This document shows, in pieces, positions 20,466 through 30,824 of a DNA stretch of 64,000 nucleotides (positions are counted from its first letter, which is position 1; every line of letters begins with the position of its first letter). The position numbers and the translations under genes are program-made. The notes beneath the pieces were generated by a model. That model did not search any database. It had not been told where the DNA came from and saw only the letters and a list, made by a program, of their open reading frames with translations. Location: positions 109,030 through 173,029 of the forward strand of contig JBNKBE010000015.1 of assembly GCA_050287085.1 (NCBI GenBank), written 5' to 3'. This stretch comes from Polyangiaceae bacterium (GTDB lineage Bacteria > Myxococcota_A > Polyangia > Polyangiales > Polyangiaceae).

Positions 20466-20520
20466 AAGTCCTGCGGGCAGCCCCCGTCGATAGGAGCAAA
20501 AGGGATTGTGCGTCCCCACT

Positions 20521-23151
20521 TCAGGCCGAGTCCGCTAGGGGCTCTGGCTCGACAAGTTCTTTCAAGCGGTTGAGGTTGGCGCCCGACTGAACCGATCTGA
20601 GAACAAGCGCCAAGAAGGGCGCCATGTTCAGCAGCAACAGTAAGCCAGAGTCCGCATCTCCGAGGGGCGGACGGATGACGCCTCGGACGCACTCAACGTT
20701 GTCGTTGACCGCCACCCGAGCCTCGAGCTCTATGCTACTGAGAGGAACGTCGGCTACGTCGCCGAGTTCGTCCACGACCAGGCCTACGTATCCAGCGCCG
20801 TGCTTGACAACGACAACTTGAGAAGGAGTGGCGGTTGAAGTGCGGTCAAAGCCTAGCTCCAGAGCGGCGTCGAGAACAACCGCCGTGGTATTGCGATAAC
20901 GCATCACGCCTCGCACCGTCTTGGGACAAGTAGGAAGCAGCGTGATATGCGGGGTGGCTATCGCCTCCACCACGTCCTCCGCCGGCAAGCTAAGCCAAAG
21001 ATGTCCGATGGCAAATGAGGCGACCGCGAGGGTCGGCTCCCCGTCAACGGGTAGCCTCAGCCGCCCTTTGCTGCGTCGCTCAGCGACCGAAACACTCGTG
21101 ACGTCCTCGGCGAGATCAAAAAACGTGATCGCAATGATGTCGTTCTTGTAGCTGTCGCTGCTCGACTTGTACTCCCGATAGCCTGCAGAGCACGTTGCAG
21201 CGACCGAATACAATCTGCCCTGGAAAGGGATAATGTCATCGCAAGTGGCTCCTGGCGCCACTCCGAAGAATGACCGATCCAGCTCCAGCTCGCTCCCCAC
21301 CGCAATACGTTCATTCGAACAGGCTAAGACTCTTCGGTCACGCCCAACAAACACCGCAAAGTTCCGGCTTGCCCCGCGCGCTGCCTTCGGCAGGGCATCC
21401 CGGAGCATCTGCTTGAACTGGGGACCGCTGTCGAAAACCAGCCCGATTCCGCCCACGACCTGGCCCGATTGCGACAGAACTGCAGCTCCGTAGACGTAGG
21501 TGGACTCCCCGCCGTAGAGAGGCGTCGGCTGAAACGCCGAGACCGCGTAGCACTGCGGATCTCGAAGCCGCAGCACCTGCGCGACGTCGCGCCCCTCTAG
21601 TACCGTACCGACGAACGCCTGGAGCTCGGGCGTGGACACAGAAACCACCGTGCCGTGGGCGTCGTAGAGCACAAGCGCCGTGTAGACGGTGTACAAGCCG
21701 TTTATGTAGGCCAACGTCTTGTCGAGAAGCGCCACGTCGGCGCGACTCAGCGAGCCTGCCGCCAGAAGCTCTCGAAACGACGTCGTTAAGGCCCACCAAC
21801 GGCAGTCGTTGGCTCGCTCGTAGAGGTTGCGATCCATGATGTCGATCGCGAGGGCAGAAGTCGCCCTGGCGTCCTCGATGACGCCGCCAAGCACGGTCTG
21901 ATAGAGGTCCCCTATCGCGTTTTCGAATACACCCTTGGTTCGACCGCCCGTCGCCGAGATCTCCCGAAGCAATACCCTCGTCGCGGTATCGGTGCTCGTC
22001 CCCACGGCGGCCCCAGGCCTCACGAGATGCCCGTTCCACACGGTGCGATCGAGCTCCTTCTGAACCCCTTCGGCCTTGCCGGCAATCTCGCGCAAAGTCA
22101 CCGAGAAAAGCTCGTCACTATGAGAGATGAGCTCCATGGTTCGCTCGTCCACAGAGCGGGCGCCCCGCGCATGCTCGAGGAAAGCGTGCTCGATGGGAAC
22201 CAGTGCGCACCCCATCCATCCGGGACCCTCGTATCCCTGGTAGCCCGTCGTCCGGCGCGCCCCGACCAGGTACAGGCGCCCGCCGAGTCGGACGGTATGG
22301 TCAGCGCCATCGACGTCCAGACGAGTCCCAGTCGGGAGCTGCAGCGGATCACTGGTAGCCACCACATGTCCCTCTCGCGAAACCAAACACAAGAGCGTCC
22401 AGTCTCGGGGCGCTCTTAGATTTCTGAAAACGCCTGCCAGCTCGTCTTGAAATCGAAATACCAAGCACAATACCCCAACGCGCCCCTCCGGACCGACCAC
22501 TCGATAGGCGTAGATGAGCGACTCGATTTCGTCGGGGGCAAGCACGCTCGGGCCAAAGTACTCCACATAAGGCTCGCTCGTGCATCGTGCCTCGTGCACG
22601 TAGGGATCCTGGCACGTGTCCAAGGGTCGGTCGCTACGTGATCTGCAAAGCACCTCCCCCTCCGTGCCCAGCAATACCACATCGCTATAGACCGAATACT
22701 TGGCTCGATAGGCGCGAAATCGCTCGGCCAACGCTTCCCGTTCCGGTGCTGCCTGCTGGACATCTCGATGCCGCAGGAAGGAGCATGTCTCCACGTCTGT
22801 CGCCAAGAACCCGATGTCTGCCGTGCGTTCGAAGAGATTCCGAATGACGATATCGATCGCCACCTGGGCCTTGAATTGGAGCAGCCGCTCGTACTTGCGG
22901 AGGCTTTCGAGTGCCAGGTTGGAAATCAGCTGATGCGAGAGCGTCGCAAACTCCTCCCGCGTCGCGGTCATGTCAGCGCCACTTCCGCAAACCTGGCCCA
23001 GAATGGTGAGCAAGTCCCACTGCTGACCAAGAACGGCGAGGCGCTCTCGCACCAGTTCAACGTCCAGCATGTAGGGAATGACCGCCCGCAGTTGCTCGGG
23101 GATCTGGATACCTTTGTAGTCGACGTTCATGTCCAGCCTGCCGCGGTTCAT
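20521..23151 (-). CDS. Soluble protein with two Cache-like repeats and a C-terminal CheW domain
   Basis: Internal duplication (RNLFERTAD / RNLYERAND); CheW motifs VVEAI, VRGVMRYR, GLVVDELGDV. Confidence 0.8.
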   Translation of the reverse strand: MNRGRLDMNVDYKGIQIPEQLRAVIPYMLDVELVRERLAVLGQQWDLLTILGQVCGSGADMTATREEFATLSHQLISNLALESLRKYERLLQFKAQVAIDIVIRNLFERTADIGFLATDVETCSFLRHRDVQQAAPEREALAERFRAYRAKYSVYSDVVLLGTEGEVLCRSRSDRPLDTCQDPYVHEARCTSEPYVEYFGPSVLAPDEIESLIYAYRVVGPEGRVGVLCLVFRFQDELAGVFRNLRAPRDWTLLCLVSREGHVVATSDPLQLPTGTRLDVDGADHTVRLGGRLYLVGARRTTGYQGYEGPGWMGCALVPIEHAFLEHARGARSVDERTMELISHSDELFSVTLREIAGKAEGVQKELDRTVWNGHLVRPGAAVGTSTDTATRVLLREISATGGRTKGVFENAIGDLYQTVLGGVIEDARATSALAIDIMDRNLYERANDCRWWALTTSFRELLAAGSLSRADVALLDKTLAYINGLYTVYTALVLYDAHGTVVSVSTPELQAFVGTVLEGRDVAQVLRLRDPQCYAVSAFQPTPLYGGESTYVYGAAVLSQSGQVVGGIGLVFDSGPQFKQMLRDALPKAARGASRNFAVFVGRDRRVLACSNERIAVGSELELDRSFFGVAPGATCDDIIPFQGRLYSVAATCSAGYREYKSSSDSYKNDIIAITFFDLAEDVTSVSVAERRSKGRLRLPVDGEPTLAVASFAIGHLWLSLPAEDVVEAIATPHITLLPTCPKTVRGVMRYRNTTAVVLDAALELGFDRTSTATPSQVVVVKHGAGYVGLVVDELGDVADVPLSSIELEARVAVNDNVECVRGVIRPPLGDADSGLLLLLNMAPFLALVLRSVQSGANLNRLKELVEPEPLADSA

Positions 23152-23321
23152 CCCTGACGCGTGAACACGATAACGGTCGCTTGCGGAGGCAAGATTAGAT
23201 GGCTAGAAGCGACATCACCCCGGCTCGCCAACAGCCAGCGCCCAGCGGAGCCCGCCCTTGGGCCGCCGATCTGGCGGCCCCGACTTACCTTGCCCGACAG
23301 GTCCCCTCCTGAATAGGCTCG

Positions 23322-24848
23322 TTAATACATATAGCCGAAACCCGCATTCAGCTGGAGTTCGTCAAGTCCACGCTTGCGATCGCGCAACTGGATATCCGTC
23401 TTGAATGCAACCTGTCGCGCGGGGCGATAGGTGAGCCCGGTCGTCAATTCATTGACGCGCAGCGCCAGATTGCGGCGATAGCCCCGCGGAACCGCCGCCT
23501 GATTGTCAACGCGCTCAAGCCGGGCAAAAGGCACCAGTTGGTGCTGCGTCTTGAGCGGGTGCAGGACGTCGTAGCCCAGCTCTAGGTAGCCACCTTGCAT
23601 CCGCATAGGCACCGCCCCGGTCCGCCCAACGTTGGGAAAGAGCGCTATGCCATCCGCCCGCCGGGCGTTGAGCAGCGCGCCGGCTTCGGGCATCCAGAAC
23701 GCTACCGCCAGCGCCTTTGCCTCCCATCCTCGCCGGAGCACGCGCGCATGGAACGACGCCCCGTAGATGGGAAAGAATAGGTCGACGGGCTTTCCCCGAC
23801 TCGTGAAGAAGTCACCGTTGCCCCCCGCATCTCCGGCATAACCCGAGGCCCCCACAATGACCCCAAGAGTCGGTTCGTAGTCCAAGCGCCCTGTCAGGGC
23901 TCCCGCATTGGCCGGGGCGAAGGAACCCATGCTCCTCCCGCCGACAAAGCCGTCCGGTCCGAGTGCCTGAGGTGAGACCGTCGTGACCCAATAAGCCGTG
24001 TACTCCAACTGATCGCCGATGTGCCCGGTGAACCCGACTCCGAGCTCGCGCCACGTGGTCGGAATCAGATTCCGATCCAGATTGGGTCGCTCAACACCGT
24101 GAAATACCGGCGGCTCGTGCCACTGATTGATGAGCCCAATCGGCATCAGCACCAACCCAGCGCGCAGCGTAAGATACTGCTCCACAAGCGACCAGTCCAG
24201 ATAGGCCTGCTCCACCTCAACCGAGCCTCGACAGGAAGCGCACGCGATTGCATTTTCCCATTCCAGCTCAGCGGAAGTCAGAATGTCCTTGGTTAGCTGG
24301 TGGGTGACCAGCAAGACCAATCTCCGAACGGTAGCGGTCGTATCAAAGTCCCCGTCAGCCCCCCGCCGCAAAGAGGTGAGGTTCAGCTGCGCGTAGCCGC
24401 CCAAGACGGTGTTCTCACCTTCCACCCGCCGCGTCATGCGCAAGATGCGAGCGCGTTCCTGCTCCCGCGTCTCGACAGCTGCAACTTCGTCGGGTAGCTC
24501 GATGCTCGGCCCCGCTCCGCCCGATTCGGCGACTTCAACCGACAGCCCGTCGCCCTCGGACTCAGCCAACTCGATGATCGGACCGTCTGCAGGTGGCTCG
24601 TCCGCAACAGCCGCCTCGGCGGAGACGGCCTCGGCGGAGGTGGCATCCGCAGAGGCGGCATCGACAGCGTTGTCGTCCGCACCGGATGATCCATCGCTAG
24701 CGGCGTTGATGGCCGCTGCATCCCCAGTGTTCTCCTCGGAAGGGGCGGGTTGCTGCTCGTTGGACCCAAGGGTCTCCGCCATCAGAGCCGCCGGCGCTAC
24801 CAGCTCCCAAACGAACGCAACCAGGATAACGCGAATCAATGACAACAT
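23322..24848 (-). CDS. Outer-membrane porin-like protein (OprO/OprP-like)
   Basis: Signal peptide, ELEWE..VEVEQAYLD, HEPPVFHGVERP, IPTTWRELG, C-terminal aromatic GFGYMY. Confidence 0.8.
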   Translation of the reverse strand: MLSLIRVILVAFVWELVAPAALMAETLGSNEQQPAPSEENTGDAAAINAASDGSSGADDNAVDAASADATSAEAVSAEAAVADEPPADGPIIELAESEGDGLSVEVAESGGAGPSIELPDEVAAVETREQERARILRMTRRVEGENTVLGGYAQLNLTSLRRGADGDFDTTATVRRLVLLVTHQLTKDILTSAELEWENAIACASCRGSVEVEQAYLDWSLVEQYLTLRAGLVLMPIGLINQWHEPPVFHGVERPNLDRNLIPTTWRELGVGFTGHIGDQLEYTAYWVTTVSPQALGPDGFVGGRSMGSFAPANAGALTGRLDYEPTLGVIVGASGYAGDAGGNGDFFTSRGKPVDLFFPIYGASFHARVLRRGWEAKALAVAFWMPEAGALLNARRADGIALFPNVGRTGAVPMRMQGGYLELGYDVLHPLKTQHQLVPFARLERVDNQAAVPRGYRRNLALRVNELTTGLTYRPARQVAFKTDIQLRDRKRGLDELQLNAGFGYMY

Positions 24849-25525
24849 CAGAATGAATCCAAATTCAGCACCTTAGACAAGACCGCGTCGTTGGCGGCGC
24901 TGCGGTGGCAATCGTTGCAATCCTGTTCCAGGATTTCCTCGCTACCATCGGCGGCAACAATAGCTGTGCGATAGCTTTCGCCGTCGGGCGCGTGTTCGCC
25001 CCCCCACAGCAGCGTCACATCCCCGCTCTTATCCAGCGCCAATTCGAAAAACTGCCATTCGAAAGCGCCACTTGCATTGAACCCCGCACCGCGCTTGGCC
25101 ATCGCGTGCACCTGCCACGAGGTCATATTTGTATTTGGCGCAACGGTCTTTACGATGATGGTTCCTACTGGGAACGTATCCTGCCCCGGCTTTGGCAGAG
25201 CATTGATGTAGATGCGCTTCTCGCCGGCACTCTCAGGATGAAGATGATCCCCCTTGCCCAGGGACGCGCTCGGCCAGGAGCGAAAGTCGAGAAAGTTGCT
25301 CTGCAAGGCGATGAAGGCCGAGAGCTCCCCGAGCTCCACGCTCTCGCCCTTGCTAAACGCCGCCCGACCTGTTTTGCCGACTCCCGCATCGGAGGACGAG
25401 GAATCCGGCCTCGCGGTGACTTGCTCTGAGAGGACGAAGCTTCCTTCAGTATCGAGCTGATCGTCCAAACACCCGCTAGCAAGGCCCATTATTAGGAGCG
25501 ACGAAACAAGTCGTGAATGGGTCAT
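24848..25525 (-). CDS. Cytochrome P460-like monohaem lipoprotein
   Basis: ASGC lipobox; FPVGTIIVK, AMAKR..EWQFF, C-terminal CNDCH. Confidence 0.7.
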   Translation of the reverse strand: MTHSRLVSSLLIMGLASGCLDDQLDTEGSFVLSEQVTARPDSSSSDAGVGKTGRAAFSKGESVELGELSAFIALQSNFLDFRSWPSASLGKGDHLHPESAGEKRIYINALPKPGQDTFPVGTIIVKTVAPNTNMTSWQVHAMAKRGAGFNASGAFEWQFFELALDKSGDVTLLWGGEHAPDGESYRTAIVAADGSEEILEQDCNDCHRSAANDAVLSKVLNLDSF

Positions 25526-25537
25526 AATCGAGCGTCC

Positions 25538-26656
25538 TTACTCCGGCAGACTCGCAATACCGAGTAGTTCTGCCGCGGCCAACATACTGGCCGCCAGCGA
25601 GCCCTTGCTCGCGCCGTCCGCCTCGTACGACAGTCGTGAAAACAACTTTCCATACGGAGTGTCGAGATCGTCGGGGCTGGGGTCTTCCGGGTCCCAGCCT
25701 TCGGGCACGGAAGGGATCGCATCGCCTTCAAATCCGTCATAGAAAGCGCTCACGCTATCAAAGCCGTCCAATATGTCCTCCGCCAACGATTTGCCAGCTT
25801 TCTTCGCCTCCAGCCACGGGACGAATGCCTCGAAGACCTGGCGCCCCCCCACCAGATTCGATCGCATGTCGCCGAGCGTATGCCCCGCGTAGCGGGATTC
25901 ATCTTCCCCTGTCGCGGCCAACGCAACCTTCTCCACTTGCTCTTCGACCGAACCGATCACGCCACGAAATGCCGCCGGAGCATCCAACGCCAGTGGCTCG
26001 AATTGGTCCACCATCGCAGCTGCATCGTCGACCAGGCGTTGGACGAGCTCGTCGCGAAAGCGCTGGGCCTCTTCCTTGTCCTGAGGAAATGCCGCCGCCA
26101 CGTAGTTCGGTAGCACACTCTCAAACGCGACCACCTGCTCCGGGTGAGCATCCGCCCACAGAATTCGCTCGATCGCGTGTATTCCGATCACGCCCTTGCC
26201 GTCGAAGAGATCATCATCCGCCTTCTCTTCGATGAAGCCATCGTAGCGTTCGTCGGTCGAGGCGTCGTAGTTGGGAAAGAGCACGGCGATCGCCCCCTCC
26301 GACTTTTCGTACGCCGCACGCGCGTCCCGCCACGCGTCCCGCATAGCCGCGACAGCTTTCTTATCGTCGCTGGCGTTCCAACCATCATCGTCGGGCTCCG
26401 GAGCTGCGTCCTGCAGCGCCACTGCGGCGGCGTGCAGGGCTGCAAGCTGGTCTGCGATGTAAGTCTTGACGTCAACGATGGCCGCCTCTTTGAGCTCGCT
26501 CTCGCCCCCCGTCGGGCCAGCTTTCGGCTCGTCCTGGCTCCCACCGGCGTCTGCGGTATCGATACCCAAATCCTCGTTAGAATTGCCGCAGCCCGTCAGC
26601 AGCAGGCCTAAGGCAAACGTGGGAACCGTGAACTTGATTATTACTTTCATTTTCAA
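25538..26656 (-). CDS. Imelysin/EfeO-like (peptidase M75) iron-binding lipoprotein
   Basis: LTGC lipobox; GIHAIERILW (HxxE), GEDESRYA. Confidence 0.85.
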   Translation of the reverse strand: MKMKVIIKFTVPTFALGLLLTGCGNSNEDLGIDTADAGGSQDEPKAGPTGGESELKEAAIVDVKTYIADQLAALHAAAVALQDAAPEPDDDGWNASDDKKAVAAMRDAWRDARAAYEKSEGAIAVLFPNYDASTDERYDGFIEEKADDDLFDGKGVIGIHAIERILWADAHPEQVVAFESVLPNYVAAAFPQDKEEAQRFRDELVQRLVDDAAAMVDQFEPLALDAPAAFRGVIGSVEEQVEKVALAATGEDESRYAGHTLGDMRSNLVGGRQVFEAFVPWLEAKKAGKSLAEDILDGFDSVSAFYDGFEGDAIPSVPEGWDPEDPSPDDLDTPYGKLFSRLSYEADGASKGSLAASMLAAAELLGIASLPE

Positions 26657-26699
26657 TTCCTAGCTGGATAGTGCGTCTTGTCTTGAACGAAAGCCCTGC

Positions 26700-27992
26700 T
26701 CAGAGAGTCTCGACGAAACGGATGAGCGTTTGCTGCTCTGCGTCAGACAATGCTTCGAAGGCCCGCACGGACCCGTTGGCTTCTGAGCCTTCTGACGCAT
26801 GGGCAGCGATGGCCTGACGTACGGTCTCTGCGCGCCCGTCGTGCATGAAGCTCTTGAGCAAACGGATCCCCATCAAAGGCGCGGTTCGCCACTCATCACC
26901 GCGGGCACTTCCGTCTTCCATCCCGTCGGCGAGGTCAACGCCCATCGAATGAAGCAACATGTCGGTGTAGATGGCAACTGGACCGGCAGCCCAGGCCGCG
27001 ATCGGGTAGTCGGGATCGGTGGCCAACTCGGGCACGTGGCACACCGCGCACTTGGTCTCCGCAAAGAGCTTCGCGCCGTCGTCGCTTGCTGGACCGCGAC
27101 TGGGGATCCGGAGCAGCCTGGTGTAGTCCCCAATGTCATTGACGAGCTTCAAGTCGACGTCGACGCCAGTCCGCTCGTCGTCCTCTGCGCCCGCTGGATT
27201 GGGCAGCTCTTCCGGCCGGAGCGGCGAGGTCATCCCCATGTCCCCCTGCAGAGCGTCTGCCGCAAACTCGTCCAGAGTCGCAATGCGCGCTTTGAGACCG
27301 AATCGCCCGATCAGTCCCTCTTGCCCTGGCTTGAAGTGCTGAAACTCCGAGTCCGTATTGGCTTCCGAGGCGTAGCGGACGCGATTGATACGTCCGGAAA
27401 TCCCGTCGCTGCGCTTCGCCTGCTCTGCTTCGAGCCGTTCTATCTCCTCGGCGGCCACCGCCTCCATCGCGCCGCGGCCGAATACGGCGGGCCCTAGCCT
27501 TGACGTCACCAGCAAGCCGGGAACATCGTCCTCCGGTAGATCGATACCCGCGTAGACCTCGGGTGCAATCGACTGCGGGCGTACGGTATGGCCAAATGGA
27601 AACGCGCTTTGATCCGCCGCGGGCGTCCATCCGTCGTCGTCAACTCGAATCATCTTGCGGACGGCGCCGGGCCCGCGGGCGTCGTCTGCGTGACAGGACG
27701 CACACGAATGACGAATGTAGACCGGACCGAGCCCCTGCGCCGGCCGAAATACCGTCTCGAACCCAACGTCACCCGCGTCAAAACGCTTCATCCACTCGCC
27801 GCTCAACGCCGGAAGCGGATTGTCCGACGGATCCTCCGATACCAAGGTGATCCCGTCGAGAGCGCTCGACCCGGCATCCGGGCCAGCGTCCGCGTTTCCG
27901 GTGCCGGTGGGGGCCCCGAGCGGGCCAGACGCGTTGCAGGCCGCGAGCAAGTGACAGGCGGATAGAGAGAGCGTTAGCCCCAATCGGGTCAT
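26700..27992 (-). CDS. Di-haem oxidoreductase (DHOR-type) lipoprotein
   Basis: LAAC lipobox; CASCH and CAVCH; GLGP, GRFGLKA, EWRTAPLMG, MHDGRA. Confidence 0.9.
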   Translation of the reverse strand: MTRLGLTLSLSACHLLAACNASGPLGAPTGTGNADAGPDAGSSALDGITLVSEDPSDNPLPALSGEWMKRFDAGDVGFETVFRPAQGLGPVYIRHSCASCHADDARGPGAVRKMIRVDDDGWTPAADQSAFPFGHTVRPQSIAPEVYAGIDLPEDDVPGLLVTSRLGPAVFGRGAMEAVAAEEIERLEAEQAKRSDGISGRINRVRYASEANTDSEFQHFKPGQEGLIGRFGLKARIATLDEFAADALQGDMGMTSPLRPEELPNPAGAEDDERTGVDVDLKLVNDIGDYTRLLRIPSRGPASDDGAKLFAETKCAVCHVPELATDPDYPIAAWAAGPVAIYTDMLLHSMGVDLADGMEDGSARGDEWRTAPLMGIRLLKSFMHDGRAETVRQAIAAHASEGSEANGSVRAFEALSDAEQQTLIRFVETL

Positions 27993-28068
27993 AGCGGTTT
28001 CTTTGCGGGGACGGAGCAGTATTGCAGAAGTTGGGTTGGCCATGGATCTCACTCAGAGCTTATTGTTC

Positions 28069-28085
28069 TTGCGAAGCACTTTCAA
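28069..28085. promoter_or_regulatory. Putative Fur box upstream of the DHOR operon
   Basis: Minus strand TTGAAAGTGCTTCGCAA resembles TTGAnAATnATTnTCAA; flanked by TTATTG/CAATAA. Confidence 0.45.
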
Positions 28086-28216
28086 TAACGCCATACGAGT
28101 GGTGTGGCTGTCAAGGACGAGAAAGAACTCGGCAGATTCTGCGCATGTCAGGCGTACTGTTACCGTGTAAGCTCCAATTCGAGCTTCTCGGCGCCGAGCT
28201 GATTCGGCCCCTTGAG

Positions 28217-28235
28217 GAAAATGCAAATCATGAGA
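28217..28235. promoter_or_regulatory. Putative Fur box overlapping start of the FMN-binding gene
   Basis: GAAAATGCAAATCATGAGA matches 13/19 of GATAATGATAATCATTATC. Confidence 0.45.
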
Positions 28236-28778
28236 CGGAACCTTCTTGTTGTCCTATTGCTCACCTGCGTTGGACTTAGCTCGCCCGCTTTCGGCAAGGT
28301 GTACTTCACGGTCAAGCAGCTGTTAGGGCAGCACTTTCACGATGCCAGTCGCGTCACATTCCGGCGCATTCCGGTGACTGGAGCCCTCAAAGCCACCCTG
28401 GAGCGACGCTTGGCTCGGACGGGATTGAAGAACGAGTACGTCGTCTATGTGGCCCTGCGCGGTGATGATGCTCTCGGATACGCCGTATTCGATCAGGAAC
28501 TGGGTTTGCACGAGAAGATCGACTTCGCGACTTTCTTCGATGAGCGTGGCGTGATCACGCGAGCCGAGGTTGTCGCCTATCGCGAGGGACACGGTGCTGA
28601 GATTCGTCGCGACAGCTTCCGGCGCCAATTCGTAGGACGAAGCGCGAAATCGGGCTTTCGGGTGGGAACCGACATCGACTCCATCAGTGGCGCCACCATC
28701 TCCTCCGAGTCGATGAGTCGCGCCGTCGAGCGCGCGGCCGTGCTGCTCGAAGTGGGGGTGCTAGCCGAGCAACCATGA
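28230..28778 (+). CDS. Exported FMN-binding (FMN_bind, RnfG/NosR-like) protein
   Basis: Signal peptide; YREGHG; flavinylation motif IDSISGATISS. Confidence 0.85.
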   Translation: MRRNLLVVLLLTCVGLSSPAFGKVYFTVKQLLGQHFHDASRVTFRRIPVTGALKATLERRLARTGLKNEYVVYVALRGDDALGYAVFDQELGLHEKIDFATFFDERGVITRAEVVAYREGHGAEIRRDSFRRQFVGRSAKSGFRVGTDIDSISGATISSESMSRAVERAAVLLEVGVLAEQP

Positions 28779-29353
28779 GAGACTTCGAACGGTCGAGTCG
28801 ACTGAGCCGGCTCCCCACCACCGCCCGGCTCGTCTATTCTGGTTTTCTTGTCTACACGCTCGCGGCGTTGGCCGTCACGGTGTGGTTGACGGATAGCGTC
28901 GTCGGTTTGCGTCTCGAGCGCGTCTCCGAATACTACGCGGGCGCGGCGCCCGCCTCCGGACCGACGCCAAGGGATACAACGGAGGAGGCCGGCCCCACCC
29001 TAGACCTCCCGGAAGACGTCGCCTCGACAGCAACGCCAGCGGTAGAGCCCAAGCCATTGCGCTCCGTTCTAGAGGTAACGCATTTTCACCTGTTTACTAT
29101 GCCGCTCTATTGGATGGTCTTAGCCCATCTCTACGCGCTTGCGCGTGCTCACCGTGGCCAGGCGTGGGTCATCACGATAGCGGGCCTATCCGTTGGCGCG
29201 CATCTGCTTGCGCCGTGGTTCGCGCGTAGCGCCCTGCCAGGCGCCAAGCTCTACTACGCCGCAAGCGGGCTATGCCTGGGGGTGAGCTTCTTGTGGATGG
29301 CGGTGGTCGCGCTGGCTGACCTCTGGCGTCCTACTAGCAAAGCGCGCACTTGA
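28775..29353 (+). CDS. Four-helix membrane protein with His residues in TM segments
   Basis: ATGA overlap with upstream gene; EVTHFHLF, LAHL, GAHL. Confidence 0.7.
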   Translation: MRDFERSSRLSRLPTTARLVYSGFLVYTLAALAVTVWLTDSVVGLRLERVSEYYAGAAPASGPTPRDTTEEAGPTLDLPEDVASTATPAVEPKPLRSVLEVTHFHLFTMPLYWMVLAHLYALARAHRGQAWVITIAGLSVGAHLLAPWFARSALPGAKLYYAASGLCLGVSFLWMAVVALADLWRPTSKART

Positions 29354-29383
29354 TGCCCTGGGTGCCGCGCTAGCACTTCGGCG

Positions 29384-30799
29384 CTAACCCCAAAGCCGAC
29401 GTAGCCCCTGTGACAATTGCTCGCGACTCGCCCCGGCGACGCTCAGGCGCACAAAAGCTCCGGGGGCCTCGGCTGGAAACCAAAGCCGACCGGGCGTCAA
29501 CGCCACCCCGGAAGCCAGCGCCGCCTGTACAAAAGTCGCTTCATCCATTTCCGGCGCAAGCTCGAGCCACAAGCTGAAACCTCCGCTTGGACGACTTTGT
29601 AGATGGACCGGCGTTTCGTGCGTTCGCAAATATCGAACGACAAGGTCCGTGCGAGCAGCGAGCTCCTGTTGCACTCGCTGCAGGTGGCGAAGGTATGACC
29701 CCCGCGAAACGAACTCAAGCGCAGCCCATTGCATCGGTCCGGCAACGAAAAAGTCCTCGAGCAAGCGGGCTCGCTTCAGGCGCGTCATGATGGGACCACG
29801 CGCCACGATCGCCGCCACCCGCAGGCTGGGAGCCGCTGCCTTGGTCAGCGAGCGTACGTAGATCACGTGTCCGTCGTCAGCGTGGCAGAGCGGGGGCGGC
29901 GGCTGCCCCTCATGCGACAGTTCACGCGCGTAGTCGTCCTCGATGATGAACGCACCAAACTCGCGCGCGATACTGAGCAGCTCCTCGCGCCGCTGCAGTG
30001 CCATACTCACACCGGTAGGATTGCTGTAGGTCGGCTGGCAATAGATGACGCGCGCGCCTGAATCGAGCAATAGAGCCCGCAGAAGATCGGTGCGCATTCC
30101 TTTGCGATCACACGGCAACGGAAATAGCTGCAGGCCCAGCGCTTCCCCCAGGGATAGCGCTCCGACATAGGTCGGGGACTCCACGATCAGACCGTCTCCG
30201 GGCTGCAGGAGCCCACGAAATATCGCACTGAGTGCCGATTGCCCCCCGGGAACGATCAATACGTCCGACTCCGAATAACTCGGGCCGAGAGCACGCGCAA
30301 ACCACTGCCGCAGTGCCGGAATGCCTTCCGTTGGCACGCGCTCCCAAACGTCGCGCCGGGAGAGCGCCCGACGCATCGCCAGGGCCAGTTCAGCATGAGC
30401 TTGCAGCGCTGAATCTGGATAACCACTACCCAATGGTAGAACCCCCGCGTGCGGCTCGCTCACCAGTTGCGCCAGATCGCGCGCCGGACTGCGCGGCCCC
30501 AGAAGCAGCGCTTGCCAGTCCAGATCGGCCGCGGAAACCGCCCTGGGAGGCGCAGCCACAAAGGTACCCCGCCCGGGTTGGGTCACGATATGCCCTTCCC
30601 CCTTGAGCTTCAGCAGCACCCGGGAAACGGTAACGGGACTTGCTCCGTAGCGGCCCACCAACTCGCGCACCGAAGGCAGGCGCTCGCCCTCCTGCGAACC
30701 GTCAATCAGTTCGCGCAGCGCCTTCTCCACTCGTTGCGCATTCGACCCTTCGGAAACGGACTCAGAACGGGCGCGTGAAGAACGTGTGGGTGGCGTCAT
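29384..30799 (-). CDS. MocR/GntR-family regulator with PLP-dependent aminotransferase domain
   Basis: ERLPSVRELV..SPVTV HTH; ESPTY, NPTG, IEDDY, RSLTK. Confidence 0.92.
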   Translation of the reverse strand: MTPPTRSSRARSESVSEGSNAQRVEKALRELIDGSQEGERLPSVRELVGRYGASPVTVSRVLLKLKGEGHIVTQPGRGTFVAAPPRAVSAADLDWQALLLGPRSPARDLAQLVSEPHAGVLPLGSGYPDSALQAHAELALAMRRALSRRDVWERVPTEGIPALRQWFARALGPSYSESDVLIVPGGQSALSAIFRGLLQPGDGLIVESPTYVGALSLGEALGLQLFPLPCDRKGMRTDLLRALLLDSGARVIYCQPTYSNPTGVSMALQRREELLSIAREFGAFIIEDDYARELSHEGQPPPPLCHADDGHVIYVRSLTKAAAPSLRVAAIVARGPIMTRLKRARLLEDFFVAGPMQWAALEFVSRGSYLRHLQRVQQELAARTDLVVRYLRTHETPVHLQSRPSGGFSLWLELAPEMDEATFVQAALASGVALTPGRLWFPAEAPGAFVRLSVAGASREQLSQGLRRLWG

Positions 30800-30824
30800 C
30801 GGTCAACCTGTGTTATCTGTATTT

